Of a stretch of 63,659 bases of DNA, positions 1 to 8,600 are shown piece by piece. Numbering within the stretch: the stretch's first letter is position 1; every line of letters starts with the position of its first letter. The stretch covers positions 1 through 63,659 of the forward strand of contig JBKAGE010000057.1 of assembly GCA_046290225.1 (NCBI GenBank). The letters run 5' to 3'. The stretch is from Bradymonadia bacterium (GTDB lineage: Bacteria > Myxococcota_A > Bradymonadia > UBA7976 > UBA1532). The position numbers and the translations under genes are program-made. The notes under the pieces were generated by a model. The model did no database searches. It was not told the origin of the DNA and was given only the letters and a program-made list of their open reading frames with translations.

Positions 1-1
1 A

Positions 2-1639
2 CGCTCGTGGGATGAGTATGCAGAGGTCGATGAGGGTGCTGGGGGCTTCGACCCAGGTGATGGCTTTGGACAGAGCGCTCAGGGGCTCGCGGCCCGTCGC
101 GAGGGCAAGTACTTCTGGCCCAACGCCGACGTGTATTACACCGTCGATCCTCAGCTGCTCGTGAACGGTATGCTGCCCTCGCGGATCCAAGGTGCCATCG
201 ATCACTGGGAAGCCAACACTCCGCTGCGGTTTTTCCCTCGACGTAACAACGAGCGGGACTATGTGGCCTTCGTCAAGCACGGCAGTCGGTGCTCTTCGTC
301 GATCGGCCGTCAGGGGGGCCGCCAGAAGATCAACCTCGCCGATGGCTGTGGTCGGGGGGCCGTGATCCACGAGATCGGCCACGCCATCGGGCTGTTTCAC
401 GAGCAGTCACGAGAAGATCGAGATCATCACGTGCGCATCTTGCGAGAGAACATCGAGGGCGGAAAGGGCCACAACTTCAACAAGTATTCCGAGAACATCT
501 TCTTGTTCTGGGGGTCGAGGGACGGCCAGGACGTGGGCCCGTACGACTTTGGCTCGATCATGCATTATGGCTCGTTCTTCTTCAGCAAGAACGACCAGCC
601 CACCATCCTGAGGCGCCACAATTGTCCTGATGGTGATTGCACCATTCGACCGAACCGCAGTGGCTTGAGCGGGAACGACAAGCGTTATGTACACGAGCTG
701 TATTGTCCGTTGATCGGATGGCACGCGCAGCGCTGCGGCAACTATCTCGAGCCTGATCCGGGCTTTGCATGGCATTTGAAGCCCAGCGGAGATGCGAGCC
801 GGTGTCTCGACGTGCGCGGCGCATCCACGGCCCCTCACGCAGGCATGCAGAGCTATGGGTGTCATGACGGCGACAATCAACTGTGGACCGTGACGCCCAC
901 CGGAGATGGTCATGTGTTCCTTCGCTCGAAGCACAGCGGCCTCTGTATCGATGTGCCGAACAACAGCGCGGGCTTTGTAGAAGTTCAGCAATACACATGT
1001 CATCGCGGGGACAACCAGAAGTGGTTCCTCGACCCGGTGCGAGGGCAGATCCCCGGGCCTGATCGCCACGTGCGGTACGCGCTGCGCAACGCCCGACATC
1101 GGGAGATGTGTCTGTTCGTCGACAGTCAGAACCGCCTGGTACAGCACGCCTGCGACAGCAACAGCGCCACCATTCGTCACCGCTGGTTCCAGTTCGTGGC
1201 GAAGGAGACAGCGTTTGGCGAGTACGAGGTGGTCAACGCCGCCTCGAACGAGTGCCTCGACGTGCCCTGGGCGGCCATGGGGGATGTGGGCGTTCAGGAC
1301 TACCCGTGCAATGGCAACGACAACCAGACATGGCGGTTCTTGCCCCGACCCAATGACACCTTCGCGTTGCAGGCCAAACACAGCGATCGCTGCCTCACGG
1401 TGACCTCCAACGCTTATAGCGCCCCTGTGGGTCAGAGGGCCTGTGTGGAGTTGAACGATACCCAGTGGTTCTCACCCCACCTCACGCCTCAGGGCAAGGT
1501 GCGGCTGTGGCGCTACTGGCCCAACAGGTGTGTGCAGCGAGTGAACGGCGTGTTGGAGGCGGGGGTGTGTGACTGGTCAGCGTTGAGTGGTGTCGCTGCG
1601 CCTGATCCGGAGGCGCACTGGGTCATCAACCCACGATGA
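2..1639 (+). CDS. Astacin-family (M12A) zinc metalloprotease with C-terminal ricin B-type lectin domains; 5'-truncated by the window edge
   Basis: HEIGHAIGLFHEQSREDRD zinc motif and SIMHYG Met-turn. Repeated CLDV...C...NQxW ricin signatures. The frame is open from position 2 (RSWDEYAE...KYFWPNADVYY), so the true start lies upstream of the window. Confidence 0.9.
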   Translation, partial: RSWDEYAEVDEGAGGFDPGDGFGQSAQGLAARREGKYFWPNADVYYTVDPQLLVNGMLPSRIQGAIDHWEANTPLRFFPRRNNERDYVAFVKHGSRCSSSIGRQGGRQKINLADGCGRGAVIHEIGHAIGLFHEQSREDRDHHVRILRENIEGGKGHNFNKYSENIFLFWGSRDGQDVGPYDFGSIMHYGSFFFSKNDQPTILRRHNCPDGDCTIRPNRSGLSGNDKRYVHELYCPLIGWHAQRCGNYLEPDPGFAWHLKPSGDASRCLDVRGASTAPHAGMQSYGCHDGDNQLWTVTPTGDGHVFLRSKHSGLCIDVPNNSAGFVEVQQYTCHRGDNQKWFLDPVRGQIPGPDRHVRYALRNARHREMCLFVDSQNRLVQHACDSNSATIRHRWFQFVAKETAFGEYEVVNAASNECLDVPWAAMGDVGVQDYPCNGNDNQTWRFLPRPNDTFALQAKHSDRCLTVTSNAYSAPVGQRACVELNDTQWFSPHLTPQGKVRLWRYWPNRCVQRVNGVLEAGVCDWSALSGVAAPDPEAHWVINPR

Positions 1640-1640
1640 A

Positions 1641-2987
1641 TCACCGAGGGGCGAAGCCCGAGCAGCTCTTGGTGATCTTGATGTTGTGCCGCCCGGCGCT
1701 GAGCATGTAGCTGCTCACCCCGTTTCCGCTGCTGTCGAGGATCCACATCATCTTCCCGGCGAAGCCCGAGTGCGACGAGATGCTGTTGCTGCTGATGTGT
1801 TTGGTGGTGCCGCTGCCGAACTTGGGCTTGTCGCCGAAGAACACCTTCAACGTACGTGGGCACTCGCTCTTGAGCGACAGCGAGTAGTTCCCGGGCCCCG
1901 AGGGCGCCTTGCGTGCGTTCGAGGCCCGCCTTGAAGCCCGGGCGGCGCGCTCTGCGTCGCGGCGCTGCTGCTCTGCCTGGCGCTTGGCCTTTCGGGCGGC
2001 CTCTTCGCGGGCGAAGCGCTCCGAGTCGGCCTTGGCTTTCGCCCAGGCGGCGTCGGACTTTTTCTTCTTCTCTTTGAGCGCCGCCTCGGTGATCGGGTGT
2101 TGCATCACCTGAGACCACCATTTTCCTGTGCCCAGGTTCAGCGACTTGCCCCTGCCCCTGAACGACACCTTCAAGGTGCCGTCCTTCCAGGGGCAGCCGG
2201 CGTTGAGGGTGAACGCGCGCAGCTTCACCAGCGGCCCGTTGTAAGGGGCTTCGAGTTTCACGCCGTCATCGGTGGTGTAGGCTTCTTTGATGCCGATGCT
2301 GCGGTTCACGATGAGCGGATCGTTCGATTCGATCGAGCCCGTGACGAAGGCGCGGGCTTCGGCGGACCACTGAGCGCCCTCGTCGAGGGCCACAGCCACG
2401 GCATAGCACTGGCCGCGCTTCACCGGCAGGTCGAAGGTGGTCTTGCTCAGATCCCGGGCCTGAGTGTCACCCTTGGGCTTGAAGTCGCCGTGAGACTTGA
2501 TCTCGGCGGCGAGCAGGTCAGTGTGCTTGGGCGCCAGCGTGGCATCCTGGGCATCGCTGAGGCGCACGGCGAAGACCAGGCGGTTGCCCGTCTTTCGGAC
2601 CACGGCGTTGGCGCCCATCTTCGCCGCTTGAGCGATGATCTCTGGCGGAATCCCCTGGGCATAGAACTGCCGCGGCCCGTCTTGCCAGCCAAAGGCGGCG
2701 ATGACCGCGTGGGGCTGCTCGGCGGTGGGGTAGTCGGGCAGAGCGTAGAACTTCTGCTTGAGCTTGTTCTGCGCGTCGCGGAAGGCCTTGAAAAAGAACC
2801 CAGGGGGCAGGGCCTGCATATTGGCCAGCGTCTTCACCTGGGCAACGGGCACAGCAGCATAGGTTTTGGTTTGCTGACTCTTGTCGCCGAGGCGCTTGGA
2901 CTCGATCTTGATGGGTGGGCTGGCGGCCCGCATGAGGGCACCACAGCCTGTGGTGGCGAGGGCGGCTGCGAGGAGGAGTAGACGCAT
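1641..2987 (-). CDS. Hypothetical lipoprotein
   Basis: N-terminus MRLLLLAAALATTGC looks like a lipoprotein signal. Contains a charged helical segment. No family recognised. Confidence 0.7.
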   Translation of the reverse strand: MRLLLLAAALATTGCGALMRAASPPIKIESKRLGDKSQQTKTYAAVPVAQVKTLANMQALPPGFFFKAFRDAQNKLKQKFYALPDYPTAEQPHAVIAAFGWQDGPRQFYAQGIPPEIIAQAAKMGANAVVRKTGNRLVFAVRLSDAQDATLAPKHTDLLAAEIKSHGDFKPKGDTQARDLSKTTFDLPVKRGQCYAVAVALDEGAQWSAEARAFVTGSIESNDPLIVNRSIGIKEAYTTDDGVKLEAPYNGPLVKLRAFTLNAGCPWKDGTLKVSFRGRGKSLNLGTGKWWSQVMQHPITEAALKEKKKKSDAAWAKAKADSERFAREEAARKAKRQAEQQRRDAERAARASRRASNARKAPSGPGNYSLSLKSECPRTLKVFFGDKPKFGSGTTKHISSNSISSHSGFAGKMMWILDSSGNGVSSYMLSAGRHNIKITKSCSGFAPR

Positions 2988-3021
2988 ATTGACCCCTGTG
3001 TGCTGACACATCGTGGTCTGC

Positions 3022-4194
3022 TTATACACCACCCTTGCGCCGCTTCACCGCCTTCGAGCCGTGACGCTCCATGAAGTGCCGCTCCAGCGACGCCTTCACC
3101 GGCCCCACCCGCAGTCGGTGGGGCACATGACAGGCCTTCAAGTGCTCATCGAGACGCCGTGACATGTATCGAGCCACTTGCTCGTCGCGGATACACACGT
3201 TCACCTCGTCATAGATGCCATTCGACAGTGTGGTGAAGTTCCCTGATCCCATGTCGACGATGGCTTCGTCGATGACCATCACCTTGCTGTGCACCACCTG
3301 TGGGTGCAGGGCGATCTTCAGGTGAAGGGGGGCTCCCGTGCGGCGGTGGATCACTTCGAACAGGCGCAGGTTGTACCAGCGCAGCTTGCCCGCCTGCCGA
3401 GAGGCGATGATGGTCGTCTCGACCCCTCGCTGCACGGCTGCCACGAGGGCCTCGGTGAAGGCGGGATCGCCGAAGAAGGCCATCTCCACCTGCAGGCGTC
3501 GCCGGGCGCCGTAGATCAGCGCGAGGCGCTCGGACTTCATGGGGCACTGGCGGCCGTGCACTGCGCCGTGATGCAGCAAGAAGTCGATGGGGGGGTGATC
3601 TGCGCTCAGGGCGCCTGCCTGACGCTCGCGATAGCGGGCGACGTGCTCCGGGCCATCGAGAGCCACCATGAAGTCGAGTAGCTCGTGATGGGCGTCGTCA
3701 CCGATGCACATGCCCCCGAGCATCATCGAGCGATCATCGAAGATGTAGACCTTGGCGTGATCGTATCGGTGACCTGCCTCCAGGTGGATCTGAGGGTGCT
3801 GGGCGATCACCTGAGCCAGCACGTTCATCCGCTGTCGTGGGGCTGAGAAGCGCCTGATTTTGCGGGGGTCGTAAAATCCGTGGAGCACCCGGGTCTGCAT
3901 GCGGGTGGCGAGCTTGGGCGATTTGTGCAGGAAGCTCTGCTGCCCTGCCTCCTGGTATTCGTGGGCCGAGGCGTCTTCGTCTTTGAAGATCGTCACCTGC
4001 ACCCCGCGATCTGCGGCGTCGATCAGAGCCCGAGCCACCGCCTGACCCGTGTCGTCATCTCGCCAGATGTACGCGCGCACCTCGATGGAGGTTTGGGCTT
4101 CGGCGATGCGAGCGAGCAGATAGGGGAACGCCTCGGCGCCTCTCTCGAGGATACGCAAGCCAGCAGGCCAGCGTGCATCAGCGGGATGGCTCAC
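3022..4194 (-). CDS. Phospholipase D superfamily protein (cardiolipin-synthase-like, two HKD motifs)
   Basis: HAKVYIFDD and HSKVMVIDE...GSGN motifs; YIWRDDDTG...AADRGVQV segment typical of Cls-like enzymes. Confidence 0.85.
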   Translation of the reverse strand: MSHPADARWPAGLRILERGAEAFPYLLARIAEAQTSIEVRAYIWRDDDTGQAVARALIDAADRGVQVTIFKDEDASAHEYQEAGQQSFLHKSPKLATRMQTRVLHGFYDPRKIRRFSAPRQRMNVLAQVIAQHPQIHLEAGHRYDHAKVYIFDDRSMMLGGMCIGDDAHHELLDFMVALDGPEHVARYRERQAGALSADHPPIDFLLHHGAVHGRQCPMKSERLALIYGARRRLQVEMAFFGDPAFTEALVAAVQRGVETTIIASRQAGKLRWYNLRLFEVIHRRTGAPLHLKIALHPQVVHSKVMVIDEAIVDMGSGNFTTLSNGIYDEVNVCIRDEQVARYMSRRLDEHLKACHVPHRLRVGPVKASLERHFMERHGSKAVKRRKGGV

Positions 4195-4227
4195 GGCGTG
4201 TTCGGGTGAGGGGCGCGGCTGAGCGAG

Positions 4228-4839
4228 TCAGCGGCCGCCGGCGATGACTCGGGGGCGCTCACCGGTCACTGGGGGGCGCATACCGATGTCGAGGCTGCAG
4301 TCCACCTCGTTGCCCCAGGTGTCCCAACCCTCGGGGGCCTGGCGGGCGAACATCTCGAGGCGAGGCACGTCGCCCATCAACTCCACGATGCGATCGCGGA
4401 AGATGTCGGGCTTCTTGGAGTGCCGCTCGATGGGGGCCTCGATGGTGGGGGCGTGCACGATTTGATGCACGCTCGCCGAGATGCGCTTGGGGCGGCCCTT
4501 GATGCCGAGCATGACGATCTCGGCGTTGGCCCGGGTCCAGCTGCCCATGCCCCAGAAGGGGGTGCCCGCCTTCGGGTAGGTCTTCACCCAGACGAAGGCC
4601 ACGGTTTTGTAGGTGAAACCCCAGGACTCCATCACCCGCAGCCCCTCGGCGAGGAGCGGCATGGTGGCCCACATGAAGAGGGCGGCGTTGTCCTCACAAA
4701 CACTGGCCACATCGAGACGGCAGATGTCGTCGATGGTCATGGTCGGGTACTTGTAGTCCACGCCGCGTTTGCCGGCGTGGGCTTTGTCCCGATATTGCCA
4801 GGGGGGATCGGCGTAAATGATGGAATATCGACCAGACAT
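4228..4839 (-). CDS. MT-A70 family N6-adenine methyltransferase
   Basis: IIYADPPW, YPTM, LFMWAT, WGFTYKTVAFVWVK, HSKKP and LEMFAR...GWDTWGNE motifs. Confidence 0.9.
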   Translation of the reverse strand: MSGRYSIIYADPPWQYRDKAHAGKRGVDYKYPTMTIDDICRLDVASVCEDNAALFMWATMPLLAEGLRVMESWGFTYKTVAFVWVKTYPKAGTPFWGMGSWTRANAEIVMLGIKGRPKRISASVHQIVHAPTIEAPIERHSKKPDIFRDRIVELMGDVPRLEMFARQAPEGWDTWGNEVDCSLDIGMRPPVTGERPRVIAGGR

Positions 4840-5007
4840 AAGTTCAGGGTTTACCCCTCAGATCGACGCCGCGCAACCTCGGTGAGCAACTCACCGGAAT
4901 TGTTGAGGCCGGATCTCGACCATGGGCCGATGAAGTGGCCGGTGGCCTTGCAGGGGGTGGCTAGACTGGCCACCCAGGACGTCGGCTCGAGAGGCAATGA
5001 CCGCAAC

Positions 5008-5199
5008 TCAATCCAGGGTCGGGCGCCCGGGGAAGGCCACGATCCGTACGCGGCCATGCTGCCGTCGCTCGGGCTGTGTCGTAGGCGGTGCAGGCAGGTT
5101 GGGCTGCCCGCCCTCGAAGGTGGAGAGAGCGCCGAAGGTGACCCACTGGGGGTTGATGATGCGACAGATGATGCGCCACAGACCGCTGAGCCATGACAT
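5008..5199 (-). CDS. Possible 63-aa small protein
   Basis: ATG at 5199 has GGAGG 7 nt upstream; co-oriented between the TPR and MT-A70 genes. No homology recognised. Confidence 0.3.
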   Translation of the reverse strand: MSWLSGLWRIICRIINPQWVTFGALSTFEGGQPNLPAPPTTQPERRQHGRVRIVAFPGRPTLD

Positions 5200-5270
5200 C
5201 GCAGAGCCTCCTGCCCCATGAGTGATGTGTGGTGGGGCGAGGGGCCGCATAGCACTTGCTGTGCCAGAAT

Positions 5271-6827
5271 TCATTGGGCCAGCGTCTGGAGCTCCTGGCG
5301 CATCTGCGCCGCGAAGGTCTGCAGGGCTGTGCGGGCCTCGGTGAGCGACTGCGCTGGGGTGTGTTGCCAGCGCCAGGGTCGGGCCTCGGGTCCTGGTGGG
5401 TCAGCGGCGAGACACCTCTGAGCGAGCTGTTGCAGGTGCGTGTGATAGCGACGCTGGAAGGCTTGCTCGTCGGGGCTCAGCGGTGGAGGCGGGCTCAGCG
5501 CCTGACCTTCTTGCACGGCGTTCCACGTACCGGAGAGGCCTTGGGCTTCACCCCAGAGCTCCGCCGCGCTGAGATCGTTGATCAGCGATGTGTAGAGAGG
5601 CTCTTTGCCCCGCAAGAAGGTGTGCTGCGCGTCGGGGCCCAGAGGCCTCACGGTCTCCGAGGCCTTCCACGCCCGCTGCAGGGCGAGCTTGCCAAAGAGG
5701 ATGGCGCCGGTGCTCTGGGACTCTGCGGAGAGCACCTGAGCCACTGCGGCGCGGGCCTGCCATTGCAGCGCTGGCTGATTGCGCAGCTCGGCGATGGCCA
5801 GGGCGATGAAGGCGGCGTGGCGGGCCTGGGTGGACTGCTTGAGCCCCACATGGGCGAGTGCCTTCCCCGAGTAAGCTTCCACGAGCATCGGGGTGCCCCA
5901 GCCGTGGGTGGCGGTGAGCTCGGCGATGGCGCGATCGTAGATCTCGAGGGCGCCGGTGAGGTCACCCCGCAGGCGTCGGGCGTCAGCGAGGGCCGGGTGG
6001 GCAGAGCGCCGACGCCCGCGCTCGGCGTTGAACAGCCCCTCCCGCTCCAGGAGCAGGGCTTCGGCGCGCTCGACGGAGCCCTGCCGCATCCAGAGCCGCC
6101 CCAGCAAGTCGAGGGGGCGTCGACGGCGGGGGTCATCTGCAGGCAACGCCTCGAGGGCGCTCAAGCTCTCGAGGTAGTGACCCTCGGCGGCGGCGAGATC
6201 ACCCAGGGCCACGGCGAAGGCGCCCCGCTCGGTGGTGAGATCGACGCAGAGCTGTCGATCAGTCTCGATGCATCGATCTGCGGCCTTGGTGGCGAGCTCG
6301 AGGGCTCGGCGGGCCTCGCTGTAGTTGCCCTCTTCGAGGAGCACGGTGGCGAGGTGGGCGTACATGCGGCTCAGGGCCGCAGCGCGGGGGCTGGGCTGCT
6401 TGGTCGTGGCGAGCAGGGCTTGATGGACCAGCCGTTTGGCGGGGCCGCCGAGGCCGCGCTGAGCATAGTGCATGCTGAGATCGAACCGCAGATAGGCAGG
6501 GGTCTCGGCAAAAGGCCCCACAGCAGAGATGAGCCTGTCGACCGACTGTGCATATCGAGGCATGAGCGTGAGCGGCGCATCGGATTGCCTTGCCTCGGCG
6601 ACAGTGAGGCGCGCCTGAGCGCGGTGGGTGGCGGGGTGGTCCATGCCCATCTTGCGCTGAAGCGCGATGTACTCGGCCCGCAGCTCGGGGATCTGCCCGG
6701 CGATCTGCTCTGGTGCAGGATCCGTGATCAGGGCCAGCAGCTCTGGCGAGGTCTGAGCGCTGGCCCCTGTGGCGAGCCCGACGGTGAGGCTCAGGGTGGC
6801 GAGGCGCAGCATTTTTGGAATGGCCAT
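5271..6827 (-). CDS. Secreted tetratricopeptide-repeat protein
   Basis: Signal peptide (..LTVGLATGASAQ) and TPR-like helices such as LATVLLEEGNYSEARRALELA and GDLTGALEIYDRAI. Confidence 0.75.
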   Translation of the reverse strand: MAIPKMLRLATLSLTVGLATGASAQTSPELLALITDPAPEQIAGQIPELRAEYIALQRKMGMDHPATHRAQARLTVAEARQSDAPLTLMPRYAQSVDRLISAVGPFAETPAYLRFDLSMHYAQRGLGGPAKRLVHQALLATTKQPSPRAAALSRMYAHLATVLLEEGNYSEARRALELATKAADRCIETDRQLCVDLTTERGAFAVALGDLAAAEGHYLESLSALEALPADDPRRRRPLDLLGRLWMRQGSVERAEALLLEREGLFNAERGRRRSAHPALADARRLRGDLTGALEIYDRAIAELTATHGWGTPMLVEAYSGKALAHVGLKQSTQARHAAFIALAIAELRNQPALQWQARAAVAQVLSAESQSTGAILFGKLALQRAWKASETVRPLGPDAQHTFLRGKEPLYTSLINDLSAAELWGEAQGLSGTWNAVQEGQALSPPPPLSPDEQAFQRRYHTHLQQLAQRCLAADPPGPEARPWRWQHTPAQSLTEARTALQTFAAQMRQELQTLAQ

Positions 6828-6961
6828 GGGCGATCCTCACGCTGGAGTGCCTGGGAGCATAGCTTCTGATGGCTCGACCACAAGGGCATCTCTTCGCACC
6901 GATGTATGTGCACATCCCAGAGCGTCGTCGGTGTAGACTGTGCGTCGCGAAGGAGAATTCG

Positions 6962-8050
6962 ATGATCCCGCTGTTGCTGGCTCTGGCCCCGGTTCTGGCG
7001 ATCAACCCCCGAGCGGTGGAGTCCACCCTCGAGCTTCACGGTTGGGGCCAGCCTGCTCGAGACGAGGCCCTCGATCGAGTGGCCTCTGCCGTGGCGGAGC
7101 GCCTCGCGGGCGATCCGGACAAGGTGCCCCCTGAGGGGGCTTACGCCCAGCTGCGCTTCGTGCTGGAGAAGGAGCGCATCAGCGACGCCCTCGTGTACCC
7201 GTTCACGGTTCGACATCGTGATCCCCAGGCGGTGACCGATCGGCTGCCCTCGCTGCTCGCCCGCCTCGATCGACAGCGACCGCCGACGCACTACGGTCTC
7301 GCCACCCATGGTCGGGCCGAGGGCCTGACCACCACTGTGATCCTGGTGCATCGGGGTTTCACGCTGAAGCAGCCGCTGCCCCGAACCATGAAGAGCCCTG
7401 CTCGGCTGTCGTTTCGCGGCGAGCTGCGATCGGGCTACTTTCGCCCGAGGGTGCTGGTGGCGCCCCCTGGAGGCCGAGCGATCCGAGAGCGCCCGGCGTG
7501 GGGAGAAGGACAGAACGTCGACGTGACGCTGTTCTTCGACGACGGCCCGGGCCGCTATGGGGTGGAGCTGGTGGCCGACAGTCAGTTTGGCCCGGTGGTC
7601 CTGCTCAATGATCAGGTCTATGTCGACGCAGAGCCGCCTCCGCTCCCGGTGGTGCCCATCACAGCGCCTACGGCGGCCACTCGGCCAGATCGAGCGCTCT
7701 GGGAGCGGATCAACCGGGCCCGGGCGAGCCGTGGGGTGCCCCCGCTCATCTGGCACCCTACGCTGGCCAACGCCGCTCGAGATCACGCCCGGGAGCTGGC
7801 TGCAAGCCAGCAGCTGAGCCATCTGTCACCGGACTCGGGCTGGCTGGAGACCCGCTTGCAGAGCCACCCGGGCCGCTGGAAGCGGGTGGCGGAGAATCTG
7901 GCCGAGGCCGTCGACGCCGAGGAAGCCCTGCGGGCGTTCATGGAGAGCCCGGGTCACGCCCGCAACCTGCTCGCGCGACACCTGACCCACGTGGGGGTCG
8001 GGGTGAACGGGCGGTTCTTCGCCGTGGCCTTTGCTGAGGTGCCTGAGTGA
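6962..8050 (+). CDS. CAP/SCP domain-containing secreted protein
   Basis: INRARASRGVPPL, AENLA and FMESPGHARNLL..THVGVGV motifs; AAGGAG RBS before ATG 6962. Confidence 0.85.
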   Translation: MIPLLLALAPVLAINPRAVESTLELHGWGQPARDEALDRVASAVAERLAGDPDKVPPEGAYAQLRFVLEKERISDALVYPFTVRHRDPQAVTDRLPSLLARLDRQRPPTHYGLATHGRAEGLTTTVILVHRGFTLKQPLPRTMKSPARLSFRGELRSGYFRPRVLVAPPGGRAIRERPAWGEGQNVDVTLFFDDGPGRYGVELVADSQFGPVVLLNDQVYVDAEPPPLPVVPITAPTAATRPDRALWERINRARASRGVPPLIWHPTLANAARDHARELAASQQLSHLSPDSGWLETRLQSHPGRWKRVAENLAEAVDAEEALRAFMESPGHARNLLARHLTHVGVGVNGRFFAVAFAEVPE

Positions 8051-8105
8051 CCGGTGCCCGAGTGAGCGGTTCCCCAACGACGATGTCCCGTCTAGACTCT
8101 GCCCC

Positions 8106-8600
8106 ATGAACGAAAAACACATCAGCATCCGGGTGGAGCAATGCCTCGCCCTCGCGAAGGCGTCGAACTGCACCCGTCGCAAGTTCGGTGCCTTGCTGCT
8201 CGACCCCGAGCGCAACGTCATCTTGATGGACGGCTACAACGGTGGCCCTCGAGGGGGCGGCCAGCTCTGTGGGGGCGGTGTCTGCTTGAGAGACACCATG
8301 GGCGTCAAGTCGGGTACCCGAACCGAGATCGGGTGCCACCACGCGGAGATGAACGTCATCTGCAACGCCGCCGCCAACGGCGTGCCCACCCGCGGGGCGT
8401 GGCTGCTCGTCACCGGAGAGCCCTGTCTCATGTGCGCCAAGCTGATCCATCACGCGGGCATCACCCGGGTGATGCTCGTCGGCGGCGGTTACATGGGTGA
8501 CAACGGCTGCGACTACCTCAGGGATCACGAGGTCGAGGTGGTGAAGGTGGAGGGGCCTCGGGATCCGAGGCTTGCTGCTGATCCGCCCCAAGAGGCGTGA
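8106..8600 (+). CDS. dCMP deaminase family protein
   Basis: SNCTRRKFGALL, GYNG, HAEMN and PCLMC zinc-deaminase motifs. Confidence 0.9.
   Translation: MNEKHISIRVEQCLALAKASNCTRRKFGALLLDPERNVILMDGYNGGPRGGGQLCGGGVCLRDTMGVKSGTRTEIGCHHAEMNVICNAAANGVPTRGAWLLVTGEPCLMCAKLIHHAGITRVMLVGGGYMGDNGCDYLRDHEVEVVKVEGPRDPRLAADPPQEA

Noticed and set aside
3022..4839. MT-A70 plus PLD as a restriction-modification pair
   Set aside because: The PLD has two HKD motifs and Cls-like flanking segments, matching lipid-modifying enzymes rather than single-HKD PLD nucleases.
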